NCBI RefSeq assembly: GCF_006345805.1
Contig: NW_021836710.1
Span: 1 to 23,048 of the forward strand
DNA: 23,048 bases
From: Octopus sinensis
Lineage: Eukaryota
Reading direction: 5' to 3'
The notes below the pieces were generated by a model. It was given only the letters and a program-made list of their open reading frames with translations. It did no database searches and was not told where the DNA came from. Both the position numbers and the translations under genes were made by a program. Shown here piece after piece: positions 21,725 to 23,048 of this stretch. The first letter of the stretch is position 1. The number at the start of each line of letters is the position of its first letter.

Positions 21725-23048
21725 CATCTAAACTTATATTCATATTTCTGATGGAGTCTTAGAGACGCACTCAAGTCATATAGCGTAAAATGGATATGTT
21801 TAATATGGGGGCAGAAATCCTTGTCTAGTTCTGAACAAAGCCGTTTTCATTGTAGAAGTAAGGAGATAAATACATTCCAGGCCTAAAAGTTACTCAATTT
21901 ATCATCCTGACTCAGAAAGGACGAAGGCAAAAATAATTTCGGTGAGATAAGAAGAATGCTTTTGTTAGGATATTTGGTTTCTCATAAATTCTGCTTTATA
22001 TTGATGTAGCCATCTGTGTGTCGTACTTAATGTATATACACCGTTGACAGGCAGGTTACCGTAGTATTCGATCTGAAATAACATCTCTTTTGGATTTGCT
22101 GTGTTAAAAACACAATAAATGTGAAGGAGACACCGAATATGGTCAAGCGATAGCAAGATGTATTTCAGCCGTTTAGAGATTTGTCAATGATGCGTTCCCG
22201 AATCCAGTCACATGCTCGGACTACAATTCCTCGCCTCTGATACAGGGAAATGTAAATAAAATATTCACTGATGTTGCGAATAGCTGCCCAGTTGAATAAA
22301 AAGCTGTTCTAAGTCGCTGAGACAGTGTGTTATTAAAATAGCCATCTACATACTTTAGCCATCAATGTGTGCATATATATATTTATTATTTATTGTACTA
22401 TATTGATTTTAGAATAAGGTTTTTTTTATAGTATATGTTTTCTAGATGGTGTGAATAACATCTTTCGATATTGAATTGTTTAATAGAGGTTTTTCTTTAA
22501 ATTATATACATATATTATATATTGTGAAATTTGATTTAAAATAGTTAAATTGAATTTTTCCCTGTAAGTCGTAGAAATATATTCCCTACTAGTATATATA
22601 TATACACACACACTGTTGATTGGCCAGTTAACGCAGTATTTGTCCTGAAATGACATCTCTTACGGACATGAAGTGTCAAAAACGCAATAGATACCAAAGG
22701 AAGCCGAAATGCCGTTCCGACAGCGGCCAGTGGGAGCATTTCGGCCTTTTTGTGTCTCTTCCGTGAATGTTTTATTGATTTCTCAGCATGTGACTGGCGC
22801 CTTTTTAAAGCATCCCCTCCTGACCCAGAAAAAAAGAGAAAGGAAGGGAGGGGGAAGATGGGTGGGCTGGTAGGTAGGGTCATCAGATGGTTTGTACGAA
22901 GGGAGGCCGGTTAGAATGGAAACTGTTTGGTAAGGTATTTTGGGGAGGTTTCTTTCATGGAATGTGCAAACTGTGTTGGATTTGCAGAAACTCACATCTG
23001 AATAACGGACAGCAACTTCAAGTGGGGACCTAGGCATGTATGACACAG

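Overview
AT-rich eukaryotic non-coding DNA packed with microsatellites and interspersed-repeat fragments. The repeat families look like those of octopus/cephalopod genomes (inference from recall, not verified). No protein-coding gene is supported; every long ORF comes from a simple repeat. The standout structure is a 3.36-kb block (7689-11048) between two (AT)n tracts. It holds about 5.75 head-to-tail copies of a ~490-bp unit, then a fold-back and ~1.07 inverted copies. Each unit encodes a type I hammerhead-ribozyme fold on the minus strand (plus strand in the inverted copy): 8-bp helix I, CUGAAGA/GAAA core, GUA cleavage triplet, extended helix II and a palindromic UGCA loop III. This matches a non-LTR retrozyme / Penelope-associated circular-RNA element. 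One caveat is that the 10.1-11.1 pair is A.C rather than G-C. An older diverged relative with a decayed minimal hammerhead lies at 3156-3370. Also present: a long-TIR MITE-like element with a nested hairpin, SINE and LINE 3'-end fragments, and a few small hairpins and motif clusters.
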